A stretch of 62,878 bases of DNA, filler included, from Hyphochytrium catenoides (taxonomy: Eukaryota; Protista; Hyphochytriomycota): the NCBI GenBank assembly GCA_900088475.1. It is 8 parts of 8 records of this genome, joined end to end, with 100 filler letters (N's around TTAATTAATTAA, not from the genome) between each part and the next. Parts side by side here need not be neighbours in the genome. Positions count along the whole stretch, not along the records: positions 1 to 11,495 come from FLMG01002473.1; positions 11,596 to 42,160 come from FLMG01003532.1; 6 more parts are not named here. One strand, written 5' to 3'. The notes under the pieces are model-generated. The model did not search any database. It was not told where the DNA came from and worked only from the letters and a program-made list of their open reading frames with translations. Positions 1-12,090 of the stretch are shown here, in pieces. The position numbers and the translations under genes were made by a program. Position 1 is the first letter of the stretch, and every line of letters begins with the position of its first letter.

Positions 1-328
1 GAGAGAGAGAGAAGCAAGAACAAAGAAAAGAGAGACGGACAAGATGAACCAGACATGGTTCTAGCTATGCATTTAGAAAGATTGAGGCCAGGTATCCTTT
101 CACAGACTTGAGAGAAAGTGAGAGAGAGAGAGAACTAGGTGAAGAAAGAGACAGAGAGAGAGAGAGAAACAGAAAGAAGCGAGGGGGAAGCTAATGAGGA
201 AAGTGCACTAGGGAAGGAGAGAGGGAGGGAGCAGAAAAGAGCAGTCGAAAGATAAATGAAATCTTGTATCCCCACAAGGATGCTCTCTCTCTCTCTCCCT
301 TTCTCTTTCTCTCTCTCCCTTTCTCTTG

Positions 329-359
<31 letters not shown>

Positions 360-948
360 TTTTCTCTTCTTGCTCTTCCTAAAGAATCCCTCTTTACCTC
401 TGCATATTCCTCTTCTGTTCCTCAATAGACTTTGTGATCTCTGCCAGCTGCTCTTCGAAATCTAAGCGCTTCTCTCTCAGCTCGATGACCTTATTATAGA
501 GATTCTGACGAGTAAAATAAGAGAGAGAGAGAGAGAGGACAGTGGGAGAAGAGAAGTAGGGATGAGATGATAAGGGAGGAGAGGGAGAGAGAGAGAAAGA
601 AAGAGAGAAAGAGAAGGAGGTGAGAGAGATCCAACAGGATTGTTCAGTATCAGGGTCCTCCCCTTTCATCTCTCCTTAAGCACCATGGCACATTCCTCCT
701 AGGTATGTCGTCTATCTCTTTCTCCCTCTCTCCGCAATCCTTATCTCTCTCAGTCTCTCTCTCCCTCTTCTCTTTCTTTTCTTCTCCTCTCTCTCTCTCT
801 CTCTCTATCCAGCTTATCCGGCAAGGTCCTCTCGATCTACCTTGTCCCGGAGCTTTCTTTCTCCCACACAATTAACTCCTCCTTCTTCTGTCTCTCTCTC
901 TTTTTCTCTTTCTCCTTTTCTCCTCTCTCTCTCTCCCTCCTCTCTCTC

Positions 949-982
<34 letters not shown>

Positions 983-1572
983 CTGTGCATTACCTGATCG
1001 CATCCAGTCGGGCATGAGTCATCCTCAATGTCATCTTCCTCGTCCAGATCCTCATCGTCAAAGTCTTCCTCCGATAGCTCCAAGTCATCGTCCTCGTCCA
1101 CCTGCACCCGAGGGAGAGAGAGACACAGAGAGAGAGAGAGAGAGAAAGAGAGAGAAGGAGGGAGAGATCGTGGTGCGGAGAGAAGGGGAGGGCTTAGGGT
1201 CTGTGACGCTGCATATGTACGTCCTGGTCACAGTTTGTTGTCCTCCTCTTTCTCTCCCTCTCTCTTTTCTCTTCTTTCGCTTTTATCCCCTCTCCTCTCT
1301 ATCTATCTATCTTCCCCGCTCGCTCTCGTTATGTTTGCTCTCCCTCTATTTTTGGTCCTCTCNNNNNNNNNNNNNNNNNNNNNNNNNNNNTTCTTAGCTC
1401 TCTTAATCTTCTTTTTATAAATCTTCCAGAGAATGCTCTGGAACTGATGAGAAGCGCCTACAATCTTATGAAAATCTTCGGTGAGCGTTCTCCCTACGAC
1501 CTGAACTTTCTCCGCCTGCCCCTGCTGACCCTGCAGGAGACGCTGGCACTCGCTCAGCTCGAGAGACACCTG

Positions 1573-1605
<33 letters not shown>

Positions 1606-1606
1606 C

Positions 1607-1642
<36 letters not shown>

Positions 1643-1739
1643 AAGAAAGAGAGAAAAAGAAAGAGAGAGCGAGAGAGAAAGAGAGAGAGAGAGAAAGAGA
1701 GAGAGAGGAAAAGAAAGAGAGAGAGAGAGAGGAAAAGAA

Positions 1740-1772
<33 letters not shown>

Positions 1773-2303
1773 TCGTGAGAGAGAGAAGTGATGGAGAGAG
1801 AGAAAGAGAAGGAGAGACTTCAAGCTATGCAGCACCAAACGGAAATGTGTTTAGAAGAAGAGTAAAGAGAAGTAAACGCCATGACCCCCAAGTGAGAAGA
1901 TATGCGTTGGGAGAAGAGAGAGAGAAAGAAGGAGAAAGAGGGAGAGTGATACGAAGAGAGAGAGGAACAGGGAGAGAGAGAGAGTAAAAGAGAGAGAGAG
2001 AGAGAGAGAGAGCGGCTGAAGCGCGAGTAAAAACCAAGAGTGAAGGGAAAGCGTAAAGCGAAAAGAAAGAAAGAGACAGAGAGAGGGGGGGGGAAGAAAG
2101 AGAGAGAGAGAGACCTGGCGGAGTTCCCCTTGGGAGCGCTGGAGCTTAGCAATGAGGGCTTGGTCCTTTGGCTCACACTCCCGAAGGATCTGGAGCTCCT
2201 GTTCGGGGAAAGGAGAGAGTCACGAACACAGAGAAGAGGAGAGAGAGAAGAGGAGGGAAGACCGGTTTATGGATCCACAAAGATAAGAGGAAGGAGACAT
2301 ACA

Positions 2304-2338
<35 letters not shown>

Positions 2339-2729
2339 AAGAGTGAGTGAGAGAGAGAGAGAGAGCAAACAGGGAGATGGTAAATCAGAGAGGAAGAGGA
2401 AGTAAGACTCTGTAGTGAAACCAGAGAGAAAGAGAGGAATGTAGAGGGAAGAGAGAATTTAACGGCAGCAGCCAAGAGAGAGAAGAGGAAGACGACAGGA
2501 GAGCGTATCCGGTGATGATGACGCCAAAAGATAGGAGAGAGAGAGTCTCCGGCAAACGACTGAGGAGGAAGAGGCAAGGCTATAGATTTGAGAAGAAGAG
2601 AGAGAAGGAGAGAGAGTTGGGCAAGCAAACTAGAATGGAATAGAAAGGACTGGAAATTAGAGAAAAAGACAAACATATAGACAGGTCAGAGCGAGAGAGA
2701 GACGGAACGGAGAGAGAGATGGAGAGAAC

Positions 2730-2769
<40 letters not shown>

Positions 2770-3313
2770 GTGCATGATCAGTAGTTTAAGCTCTGCGGCT
2801 TTGACTTTGCACTCCAGGAAGATCTTCTCTCTCCTTAGAGCAGAAAGATTTGAGTCAAAGTCCTTCATCAGCGCAGTGTTCCTGGAAGACAGAATTTGCA
2901 TATTCAGGTCGTTAGCCGCCGTGCGCCGAAAGGTAGAGAGAGAGAGACAGAGACAGAGAGAGACAGAGAGACAGAGAGAGAGAGAGGCAGAGGGAGAGAG
3001 AGAGAGAAAGGAGACGTGTCTGACTGGCGCAAATGAAACGAAAGAGACGGCACAGTTGCAGAAGAGATGGTCTGAAAAAACTATCAAAAGACGGCCATCG
3101 GCAGCCATCGGGGAGAGAAAGGACAGAGAGAGGGACAAAGAGTGGAAAAAGAGAGAGAGGAGAGATAATCTTGGACGGCATTAAAAAGTAGTAGAAGACA
3201 AAGTGAGAGAAAGAGAGACAACTAGGGGCGGGACTAGAAGACGAGAGAGAGAGAAACAGAGGAGGAAGAGAGAGAGAAGAGAGGGGAACAAATATATGGA
3301 GAGAAAAGAGAAA

Positions 3314-3354
<41 letters not shown>

Positions 3355-3559
3355 ATGGCAAAAAGTATAGGACCCTAGAAGCATAATAAGAGAAGAGGAA
3401 GAGCTAGAATGGAAAGGAAGAGCTGCTGTTTGACCTGGCAAGAAGGACGTCTCTCTCTGTCCGCAGCTGTTGGTTCTTTTTCGACTCTTCCTGCTGAGCC
3501 GCAAAGGAAGCATTGGCCGCTCGGTCTTCCGCCTCTGCCGGAGAGGTGCGGAAAGAAGT

Positions 3560-3639
<80 letters not shown>

Positions 3640-3877
3640 ATGGCAAAAAGTATAGGACCTTAGAAGCATAATAAGAGAAGAGGAAGAGCGAGAATGGAAA
3701 GGAAGAGCTGCTGTTTGACCTGGCAAGAAGGACGTCTCTCTCTGTCCGTAGCTGTTGGTTCTTCTTCGACTCTTCCTGCTGAGCCGCAAAGGAAGCATTG
3801 GCCGCTCGGTCTTCCGCCTCTGCCGGAGAGGTACGGAAAGAAGTGAGAGAGAGAGAGAGAAAGAGAAAGAGAAAGAG

Positions 3878-3916
<39 letters not shown>

Positions 3917-5008
3917 AAGGACGAGTAAGGAGTATGTCCTGAGAAGAAGGAGAGGGACGAGAAAAGAACCTGAGAGAGGAAAGAGAGATTGAAGAAAGAA
4001 AGAGAATTGAGAAAGTAGAACCAGTTTGAAAAGGGAGAAAGAGAGTAGAGGAAAGAGGGTACCGGGAAAAGAGAGAAAGAAAGACGGAGAGACAGGAGAA
4101 AAGAGAGTGAGAGAAAGAGAGACAAGAGACAGAGAGAGGCAGAGAAAAAGAGAGAGTTAGGATACTTACTCCTCTGGAGAAGCTTCAGGGTGGGAAGAAA
4201 GTTGAGAGAATCTGGAATGTCTTCCTCTTCAGAAGTGGGAGAGGGAGAGAGAGACTTGCTACCCTTCTCTCCTCCTCTTCCGGACTGCAGCGCTGACAGC
4301 TGGCCGGACTCTGCTGCCGCCGCGGCAAGACGCAGATGCTCCTAAAGGAGAGAGAGCGTTTAAAAATACTTATTCAGGAGAGAGAGACCGCGAGAGAGAG
4401 AGAAAGAGAGAGGGAAAGAGCCTACTAAACAAAGGTCAAGGAGTAAGGCTGAAGAGAAACAGAATAGAAAAATGAAGGATTAAGCAGGGCCATTCTCAAG
4501 AGACAGTGTAGGCAGCAAGAAAAGAAGAGAAATAAGGATGGCGGTTTATCTGGAAGAACGCAAGCTATAAGAGGGAAAGAAAGGGAGACAGGGGAGAGAG
4601 AGAGAAAATAGAGAGAAGAAGAAGATGTAGCGAGTGGAGGAAGAGAGAAGATGAGAAAGAGAAAAACAGGGAGAACGTGGTAGAGAAGGCAACTTGAGGA
4701 ACACGAGGGAAGGAAGAAGAGAGGGAGAGAGTGGAGAAAAGGAAGCTAAGAGAGAGGTAGCTAAACGGTAAGAGAGAATGGGAGAGAAGAAGAGAGAGAG
4801 AGAAAAGAGAGAGCTTCTCCCTACCTGTCTCTCGGTGTCTTCTGTCTCTAGCTGTGCGGCTCTGAGGAGATGTCTCTTTATATCTTCTCTGCTCACTTCC
4901 TGACGCTTCTCCGGCCACTCCTGGGGATCTTCTGAAGGATCGAAGAGGACGCTTGTCTCCCCGAGCTCAGCGTCCAGACGACGGATCCGAGCGTTGTTGG
5001 CGCAGATC

Positions 5009-5046
<38 letters not shown>

Positions 5047-5514
5047 NNNNNNGGGGGAGGGAGGGAAAGACAGACACAGACGAGAGAGAGATGGAGAGAG
5101 AGAGGTGGAGAGAGAGGTGAAAGAGAGAGAGAGATGGAAAGAGAGAGAGAGATGGAAAGAGAGAGAGAGATGGAGAGAGAGAGAGGGAGGAAGAGAGAGA
5201 CGTAAGAGTAGCGAGAGAAAAGAATCAAAGGAGATCGAGAGAGGGAGAAAGAGGGTAAGGGAACAAGAGAAAGAAGTAGCAGATTGAGAGACAAGTAAAG
5301 AAAGTTGGAGACAGAGAGACAAGAAGAGAGGGAAGGGAGGAACAGAAAGGCCTCTTCTTCCTCTCTCTCTCTTTTCCGTTCCTCTTTTCCTTCACTGCAT
5401 GGTATCGCTCCGCCACTAGTTCTCTACTAGCTTGTTTTCCTCTATCTCTCTTCCCACCACCTCTCTCCTCTTACTGTGTCTATCATTTAACCCTCTCCTT
5501 CTGGAAACTCTCTC

Positions 5515-5566
<52 letters not shown>

Positions 5567-5772
5567 GTCTTCGTGCCACTCACAAGCTTAATGACTGCTT
5601 TCTTATTCTGGCGGAAAGCAAGAAACTTCGCGTTGAACTGTTTCTTTGCGATTCCGATCGCCTCTTCCAGGAGAAGCATCTGCCGCCTCTTTCTCTCCGC
5701 ATCGACCCGCTGATCCTCTGGAACCACGTAGTCAGGCGCTGTCTTCAACTTGTAGTCGCCCTTAGCAAGAGA

Positions 5773-5804
<32 letters not shown>

Positions 5805-6068
5805 AAGAGAGAAAGAGAGGAAGAGAGAAAGAGAGGAAGAGAGAAAGAGAGGAAGAGAGAAAGAGAGAAAGAGAGAAAGAGAGAAAGAGAGAAAGAGAGA
5901 AAGAGAGAAAGAGAGAGAGACTGTGTCAAACGACTCCTGGGGTGAACTCGGAAGAAAGAAAAGAAAGGAGGACAGACACAGAAAAAGATGATGAAAGACA
6001 GATCGATGAGAGAGAGAGTCTGTTTGGGAACAAATGCTGGACAGACCTTGGCACAAGAGAGAGGGAGG

Positions 6069-6100
<32 letters not shown>

Positions 6101-6101
6101 A

Positions 6102-6142
<41 letters not shown>

Positions 6143-6641
6143 TTACCATGGTAGCTGCTGCGAGAGCAATCATTTGAACATCCCGCGGGTCATCAGCATC
6201 CTCCGCTGGCTTCTGGGCCAACAGGTGAGCCAACATGGCCTTCCGAGCCTGGGCAGGAGAGAGTGAGGTCAAGCAGCAAAAGAGAGAGAGGAAGAGAGAG
6301 AGAAAAAGAGTAAGTCAGAGATAGAGAGAGGGAGAGGGAGAGAGAGAGAGAGGCCACTTGTTCGGAGCTCCTCCAAGGAATACCAAGGAAAGGAAACCAG
6401 AGCTAACAGTACCCTGCCGGCTTCGGCCCCTCCCACTTCATAAGTTGTCATGTCCTCTCTCTCTTCTTTCTCTCTCTCTCTCTCTCTCGTTCCCTCACTC
6501 TTCGTCTCTCTCTTTATTGTCATCATTATCTTTCACTTCCTCCTCATCCTCTCTATCTATTCGCATCTTCTTATCACAAAGAGCACCCTCTCTCTACCAT
6601 ATACGGCTTCTCTCTTCTTTCTCATTCTCCATAGACACAGA

Positions 6642-6719
<78 letters not shown>

Positions 6720-7344
6720 TATCTACCTTTCTGTGCTCCATGCGCGAGAGGAATCCTGAGGAGGTGACGGCGTTGGAATGTGTGACTTCTTCTTTTGCCT
6801 TTGTCTCTCCTCCTCCTCCTCCCGCTCCAGGAGAAGGAGACGAGCTCTGCGCCTTTGACTCTCCAGGGCTGACCGTACTGCTCCGCCTAGAGAAAGCAGA
6901 GAGAGAGAGAGAGAGAGAGAAGAGAAGAGAAGAGAAGAGAAAGAGAAAGAGAAAGAGAGAGGCAGGAGGAGCGAGAATGCGAGAGAAAGAGAGAGAAAAG
7001 AGGGAGAGAACACAGAGAGAGAGAAAGCAAGAGAGAGGGAAGAAAAGAGAGCACGAAAACGAGAGCAAGAGAGAAAGAGAGAGAAAGGGAGAAAAAGAGA
7101 GAGGTCAGAGCTGGAGAGAGAGTAAAGGAAATTGGGGTGAAAGAGGAATCAGAGAACCAGGAGAAAAACCTTGGAGACGGACTTGTAATGAGAGCTTTCT
7201 CTCTTTCGCGTGTCACCTTTTACCCTATGGTTTCTCTCTCTCCTCCTCCTCCTCTCTCTCCTCTTCTCTGTCGTTCTCTATCGCTTGTCCTCTATGTCTC
7301 CGTCTCTGTTCTCCTCTCCGTTTCTCTCTTACGTAGTCTCGCAT

Positions 7345-7382
<38 letters not shown>

Positions 7383-7960
7383 CCCTTACTCTGTCGGTTT
7401 CTTCTTCTCTCCTTGTTCTTGGTGGATCCTCTGCAGCTCTCTCCTGAGCTCTTCAGGAAGCTTGGTCGTGCGGAAAGAGAGAACACTCTCTCTCCCTCGG
7501 AAAGCTTGAAGACGAATGCTCTCTAACTCCACATTCTCTAAGAAATAGGAGCGAAGCTTCGACAGTTGCACCGCAGCTGAGAGAGAGAGAGAGAGAGACA
7601 TGGGGGAGGGAGAGAGAGAGAGACAGAAAGAGGCATAGAGAGAGAAAATAGAGAGAAGAATCAGAGAGACACGAGGAGAAAAGGGGGAGGAAGGAGAGAA
7701 ACAGAAACAGAAAGACAGAGGAAGTGCGAGAAAAAGAGAGAGAGGGGTGGATGCGAGAAGAGAAAGAAAAAAGGTGTGAGAGAGAGAAAGGGAGAGAGAG
7801 AGAATGGGAGAGAGAGAGAAAGGGAGAGAGAGAGAGTGTTGAGGGAGTTGTAGTAGAATGGAGAATATTAGTTGAGGGCTCGGCCTTGGACAAGTCCCGG
7901 GGAAGAAAGAAATATTGGGATCTCAAAGAGGGAAGGAAGAGGTGCATCAAGACAGGGAGA

Positions 7961-8006
<46 letters not shown>

Positions 8007-8360
8007 GCAAGTACAAACCAGAGATAGAGGGAGAAAGAGACCAAAAAAGGAATCCGGTTCTTTTTCTCTCTCTCTCTCTCCTCCTCTCTCTTTGCCTTAC
8101 CTTTTTCTGACTCATACTCGAGTTCCTTGAGCACCTCTCGGCACTGTTCTCTCCCTCTCTCTCTCAAAACTTGAGAGTACTCTGGGTCAACATCAAACTC
8201 TTCAGGAGAGAGTCTCTTCTCTGGCGGCCGCTGACTGTTGAGAAGGACCAGCGCCTCGTATTCCTGCCGAAGAGAGGCTATTTTCTTTCTAACTTCCTCT
8301 CTCTCTTTCTCTGCTTCTTCTCCTTTGATGTCCTGGACAAGGAACAATACGTTATTCGTC

Positions 8361-8401
<41 letters not shown>

Positions 8402-8614
8402 GGAAGGGAGTAGGAAGAAATAATAAGAGAGAGATACCACTTAAGAAAAGAGGGAGAGAAAAGAGAGAGAAGTAGGAAACAGGAACGTGCATAGAGTACG
8501 TATGAAGAAGAGAGTCTAAGAGTAGGCTGACATATGTGCAAGCGCAAGATAAACTAAAGAGAGATGAAAGAGAAGGAGACAGGAGAGAGTGAGAAAGACA
8601 AAAAAGCCTGGGGG

Positions 8615-8645
<31 letters not shown>

Positions 8646-9643
8646 GAAGACGGAGAGAGGAAGCGATTAATGAGAGATCCACACTTGGAATGAGACACAG
8701 GATGGAGAGACCAACACATGCGAGAGAGAGAGAAACGGATGGAAGACGAAACGATGAGAAGGGAAAGAGAGAGATTAGAAAAGGAGAGAAAGAGGGAGTG
8801 AGAGTATGCGCGCGCGCGAGAGAGAGAGAGAGAGGAGAGAGAAGGGGAAGTAAACCCATTTAGAGTCCAATTCACCTCATCCATCTTTTGCCTTGCATCC
8901 TCGAAGCTGTAAGCCTTCTCGTCCGTAATGTCCTGAGCTTCTGGTGCTTCCTCAGGAGATTCTTTCTCTCTCTCTCCCTCAGTCTCTCCCTCAGTCTCTC
9001 CCTCGAGAGAGGCCTCTTTCCTCTCTCCTTCTCTCTTCGTCTCTCTCTCTCTCTTGAGAGCTGCTCGCGGATCCTCATGAGGAAGAACGACGTCCACAAC
9101 TTTCCAGATTCCTCCTCCGGTTCCTTTTGTTACACTCTCTCTCTTCTCATTGCCGAGAGGGAGAGACTCTCCTCCTTCAAGAGAGAGAGACACCGTTTTC
9201 GCCATCATTTCTTTCCCTTCCCCATTGGCTCCCTCACTCTCTCTCTCTATCTCTTCTCGAGAGAGAGAGAAGACAAAGAGCTCCCCATCTCCTCCACAAG
9301 AGAGAAGAAAGTTCTCATCATAGGAGAGAGATAGTCCTCTTACAGCTCCACTGTCTCCGTCATGAAGAGAGAGAGAGAGAAAGGCATGAGGTTTCTCTCT
9401 CAGTCGCACACGGACCAGTCCATTTTCACTGGCAGAGAGAAGATAAAGAGAAGAGGGAGAGAGAGAGAGAAGAGAAGGACAGCCTGACGTGTCACTGTAT
9501 GTCTCCAGAGGCTCTTCCTTTTCAAAGGAACAGAGATAGATCTTGTCTTCTCTTCCTTTCCCTTCGAACTTTACAAAGAAAGACTCGCTCTGGGAGTGGT
9601 AGACCGCACACCTTGCAGGGGAGGGAGACGAGTCTTTGGGGAT

Positions 9644-9688
<45 letters not shown>

Positions 9689-9986
9689 AATGAAAATGAG
9701 AGGAGAAAGAGAGAGATGGAGACGAGAACAGTGTGAACGACGAAGAGAGAGAGAGAGACAGGACACAAGTTAGACAACACTAACCTCTCATTGAGCAGAG
9801 GAGAGGATAGTACGAGAAAGACGCAAGCAGAAGAGAGAAAGAGAGAGAGAAAGAGAGACCCAAAGCCCATTTGCTAGCGAGAATAAAGTCTGTAGAAAGC
9901 TCGATTTTGTTAGCTGAGCAATATATGTTAACACGGAAGGGAGAGAGAGCCCTCGGCAAGGCTAGAAGAAAGAGACAAGGGAGAGC

Positions 9987-10017
<31 letters not shown>

Positions 10018-10826
10018 CAGAGAGAGGAGACAGAGAGAGAGAGACAGAGAGAACACGTTAGTCTCTCCTACCAAATGCTTTCATCTTGAAGACCCTGCTA
10101 TTAAGCTTGAGCTCAAAGGTTGAGGAGGGAGAGACGAAAAATATCTCTCTCAGGTCAAACTCTCTCACTTGCCCGTCCACAGAAGAGAGAAGAAAAGCGA
10201 GAGAGTCGTCTCTCACGGAGAGAGACGTGACAGGAGAGGGAGCAGTGATAAATCCTAGGGGAGAGGGCTCAGGAACGGAGAGAGAAGAGAGAGAAGCAGT
10301 TGAAATGGGAGAGAACTGCAAGAGGAAGACTCTCCCGTCTCTCCCAGCCGTGAAGAGATATTTCCCATCCTTAGAAAACTGAAGGAGAGAGAGAGAGTCA
10401 CTGTGCGGCTTGCACGCGTGCAGGAGAAGGAAAGACTCTTCCTCGAGCCAGAGAACACGCAGAACCCCGTCTTTAAACCCTACAGCCACCGCTCTTCCCG
10501 AGGGAGAGAGAGAGAGAGGAAGCCATTGTACCGCTGTGACAGAGGAAGAGAAAGAGCGAGAGAAGAGGAGAGAGCGATCGAGATAGCTCCAACATCGGAC
10601 AGTACAGTCTCTCCCTCCCGTCACTGCAAGGTGATGGAGAGGAGAGAGAGAGAGAGAGAGAATCTCTCCTGCGTGGTGCTCCAGCAGAACTTCCAGGCGA
10701 TCAGAGGCTGGGAAATACTTCAGAAGCTCTCCTCCCGTTGTTTGGACCAGGTAAAAGTCTTTCCGAACCACGAGGGAACGGATCCCGGCGCCTATAAGAC
10801 CAAGAGAGAGAGAGAGAGAGTGAGAA

Positions 10827-10859
<33 letters not shown>

Positions 10860-11217
10860 GGGGGGAAAGAGAGAGAGGGGTAGAGAGAGAGGTAGAGAGA
10901 GAGACAGAGAGACAGAGAGACAGAGAGACAGAGAGACAGAGAAAGAAAAGACAGAAAGCGCGGGAGAGAAAGGAAACAGAAAGAGACACCGGTAAGAGCA
11001 AGAGAGAATGAGAGAGAAGGGGAACGGAGGGAAGGAAGGAGAGAGAGAAAGAAAGAGCGGGAGAGAGAAAGAAGAGACAAATCCAGTAGGTTGACAGACA
11101 GGGAAAGGAGAGAGAGAGAGAGACAGAGACAGAGAGAGAGACAGAGAGACAGAGAGACAGAGAGACAGAGAGACAGAGAGACAGAGAGAGAGACAGAGAG
11201 AGAGACAGAGAGAGAAC
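1..11217. repeat. (AG)n/(CT)n microsatellite-rich introns of CFAP44
   Basis: Every intron, mostly about 350-580 nt long, consists largely of imperfect AG/CT, AGAC and AGAAAG repeats. Confidence 0.97.
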
Positions 11218-11495
11218 CTGGTGCAACGAGCGCCTCTCCGATGGGATCCAGCTCTACGATGAGCTCTTCATGATGAGAATCTGCCCGATCGATCGCTTCC
11301 AGAGACCAGCGCCTCACATAGCCGTCCATACCCGCCGTGACAACCTCTCTTCTCTCTCTCCCTCCCCGCCTCTCTCCCCCATTTTTCTCTTCTTTCTTCT
11401 CGTCCCCCGTCTCTCTCTCTTCTCTCTCTCCTAATTCTATATGGATGACCGTGATTCTCCCCTCATGCGCGGGGCGGCCAAAGGAGCGGACGATC
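398..11495 (-). CDS. CFAP44: Cilia- and flagella-associated protein 44 (WDR52), partial multi-exon gene, open at both ends
   Basis: GT-AG exons read by hand, phase-consistent except one junction hidden by an N gap: 11218-11495, 10072-10791, 8876-9633, 8101-8332, 7390-7576, 6727-6886, 6147-6248, 5584-5760, 4825-5007, 4170-4341, 3720-3819 (duplicate at 3435-3534), 2767-2881, 2115-2198, ~1391-1569 (donor in N gap), 994-1101, 398-504. WD40 blades (EVVTAGMDGYVRRWSLEAIDRAD; HAGEI..SPLHHLAVTGGRDCTVRCW; AVGFKDGVLRVL) are followed by coiled coil with CFAP44-type motifs GDYKLKTAPDYVVPE, KKKIKR and an acidic tract leading to DDSCPTGCD..LREKRLD. Confidence 0.9.
3346..3855. repeat. Tandem duplication (285-nt offset) containing a whole 100-nt CFAP44 exon
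   Basis: 3346-3570 and 3631-3855 are near-identical. The exon copies 3435-3534 and 3720-3819 differ by two synonymous changes. Confidence 0.9.
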
Positions 11496-11595
11496 NNNNN
11501 NNNNNNNNNNNNNNNNNNNNNNNNNNNNNNNNNNNNNNNTTAATTAATTAANNNNNNNNNNNNNNNNNNNNNNNNNNNNNNNNNNNNNNNNNNNN
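11496..11595. other. Artificial contig linker
   Basis: 44 N + TTAATTAATTAA (11540-11551, stops in all six frames) + 44 N. Confidence 0.97.
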
Positions 11596-11809
11596 AATCT
11601 CTCACAAAAATCAAGAACCAGCATAATGACAAGTTTATTTGACCGTAAGCTTCTTCTTGTGCATAATAATTACAAATAATACTACTTCCCCACCGACCAA
11701 ATAGTTGTAGCTGGCGCAACAGATGATGATAAAAGTGAGGAAGGGGCTTTATTGTCATTTGCCACGATAACAACAGGAAGGCCAGCTAGAACTACAACTA
11801 CACTAGTAG

Positions 11810-12090
11810 AATTAACTCTAATAATTACATGTCGTGTTTTAGCTGACGAGAACTTCTTTGTCAATTTCCGAAAATTATGGCCAGAACTAATTAACTCTAA
11901 TTTAATTTTAGTTTTCGACGCTTAGGAAAATTTGACTTGCCCAGACCACCTCAAGACCCGCAAATTTAACTACAACCGAAACTAGCTATAACTTGCCAGA
12001 ATTAACTCCAGGGGAAATTGACACAAACACAAAAATAATTTACCTTGGAATTAACTCACAGAAAGTTATGGAGGCGATAATTTAACCTAT
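11810..12090. repeat. AT-rich cluster of short dispersed repeats (AATTAACTC x4 plus variants)
   Basis: Exact AATTAACTC at 11810, 11889, 12000 and 12049, with AATTTAAC/AATTTACC variants between and after them. Confidence 0.55.

Noticed and set aside
1-11495. Dozens of ERERER/SLSLSL ORFs in the ORF track (also 49400-52476)
   Set aside because: These are stop-free translations of AG/CT microsatellites. Only the spliced CFAP44 exons are supported.
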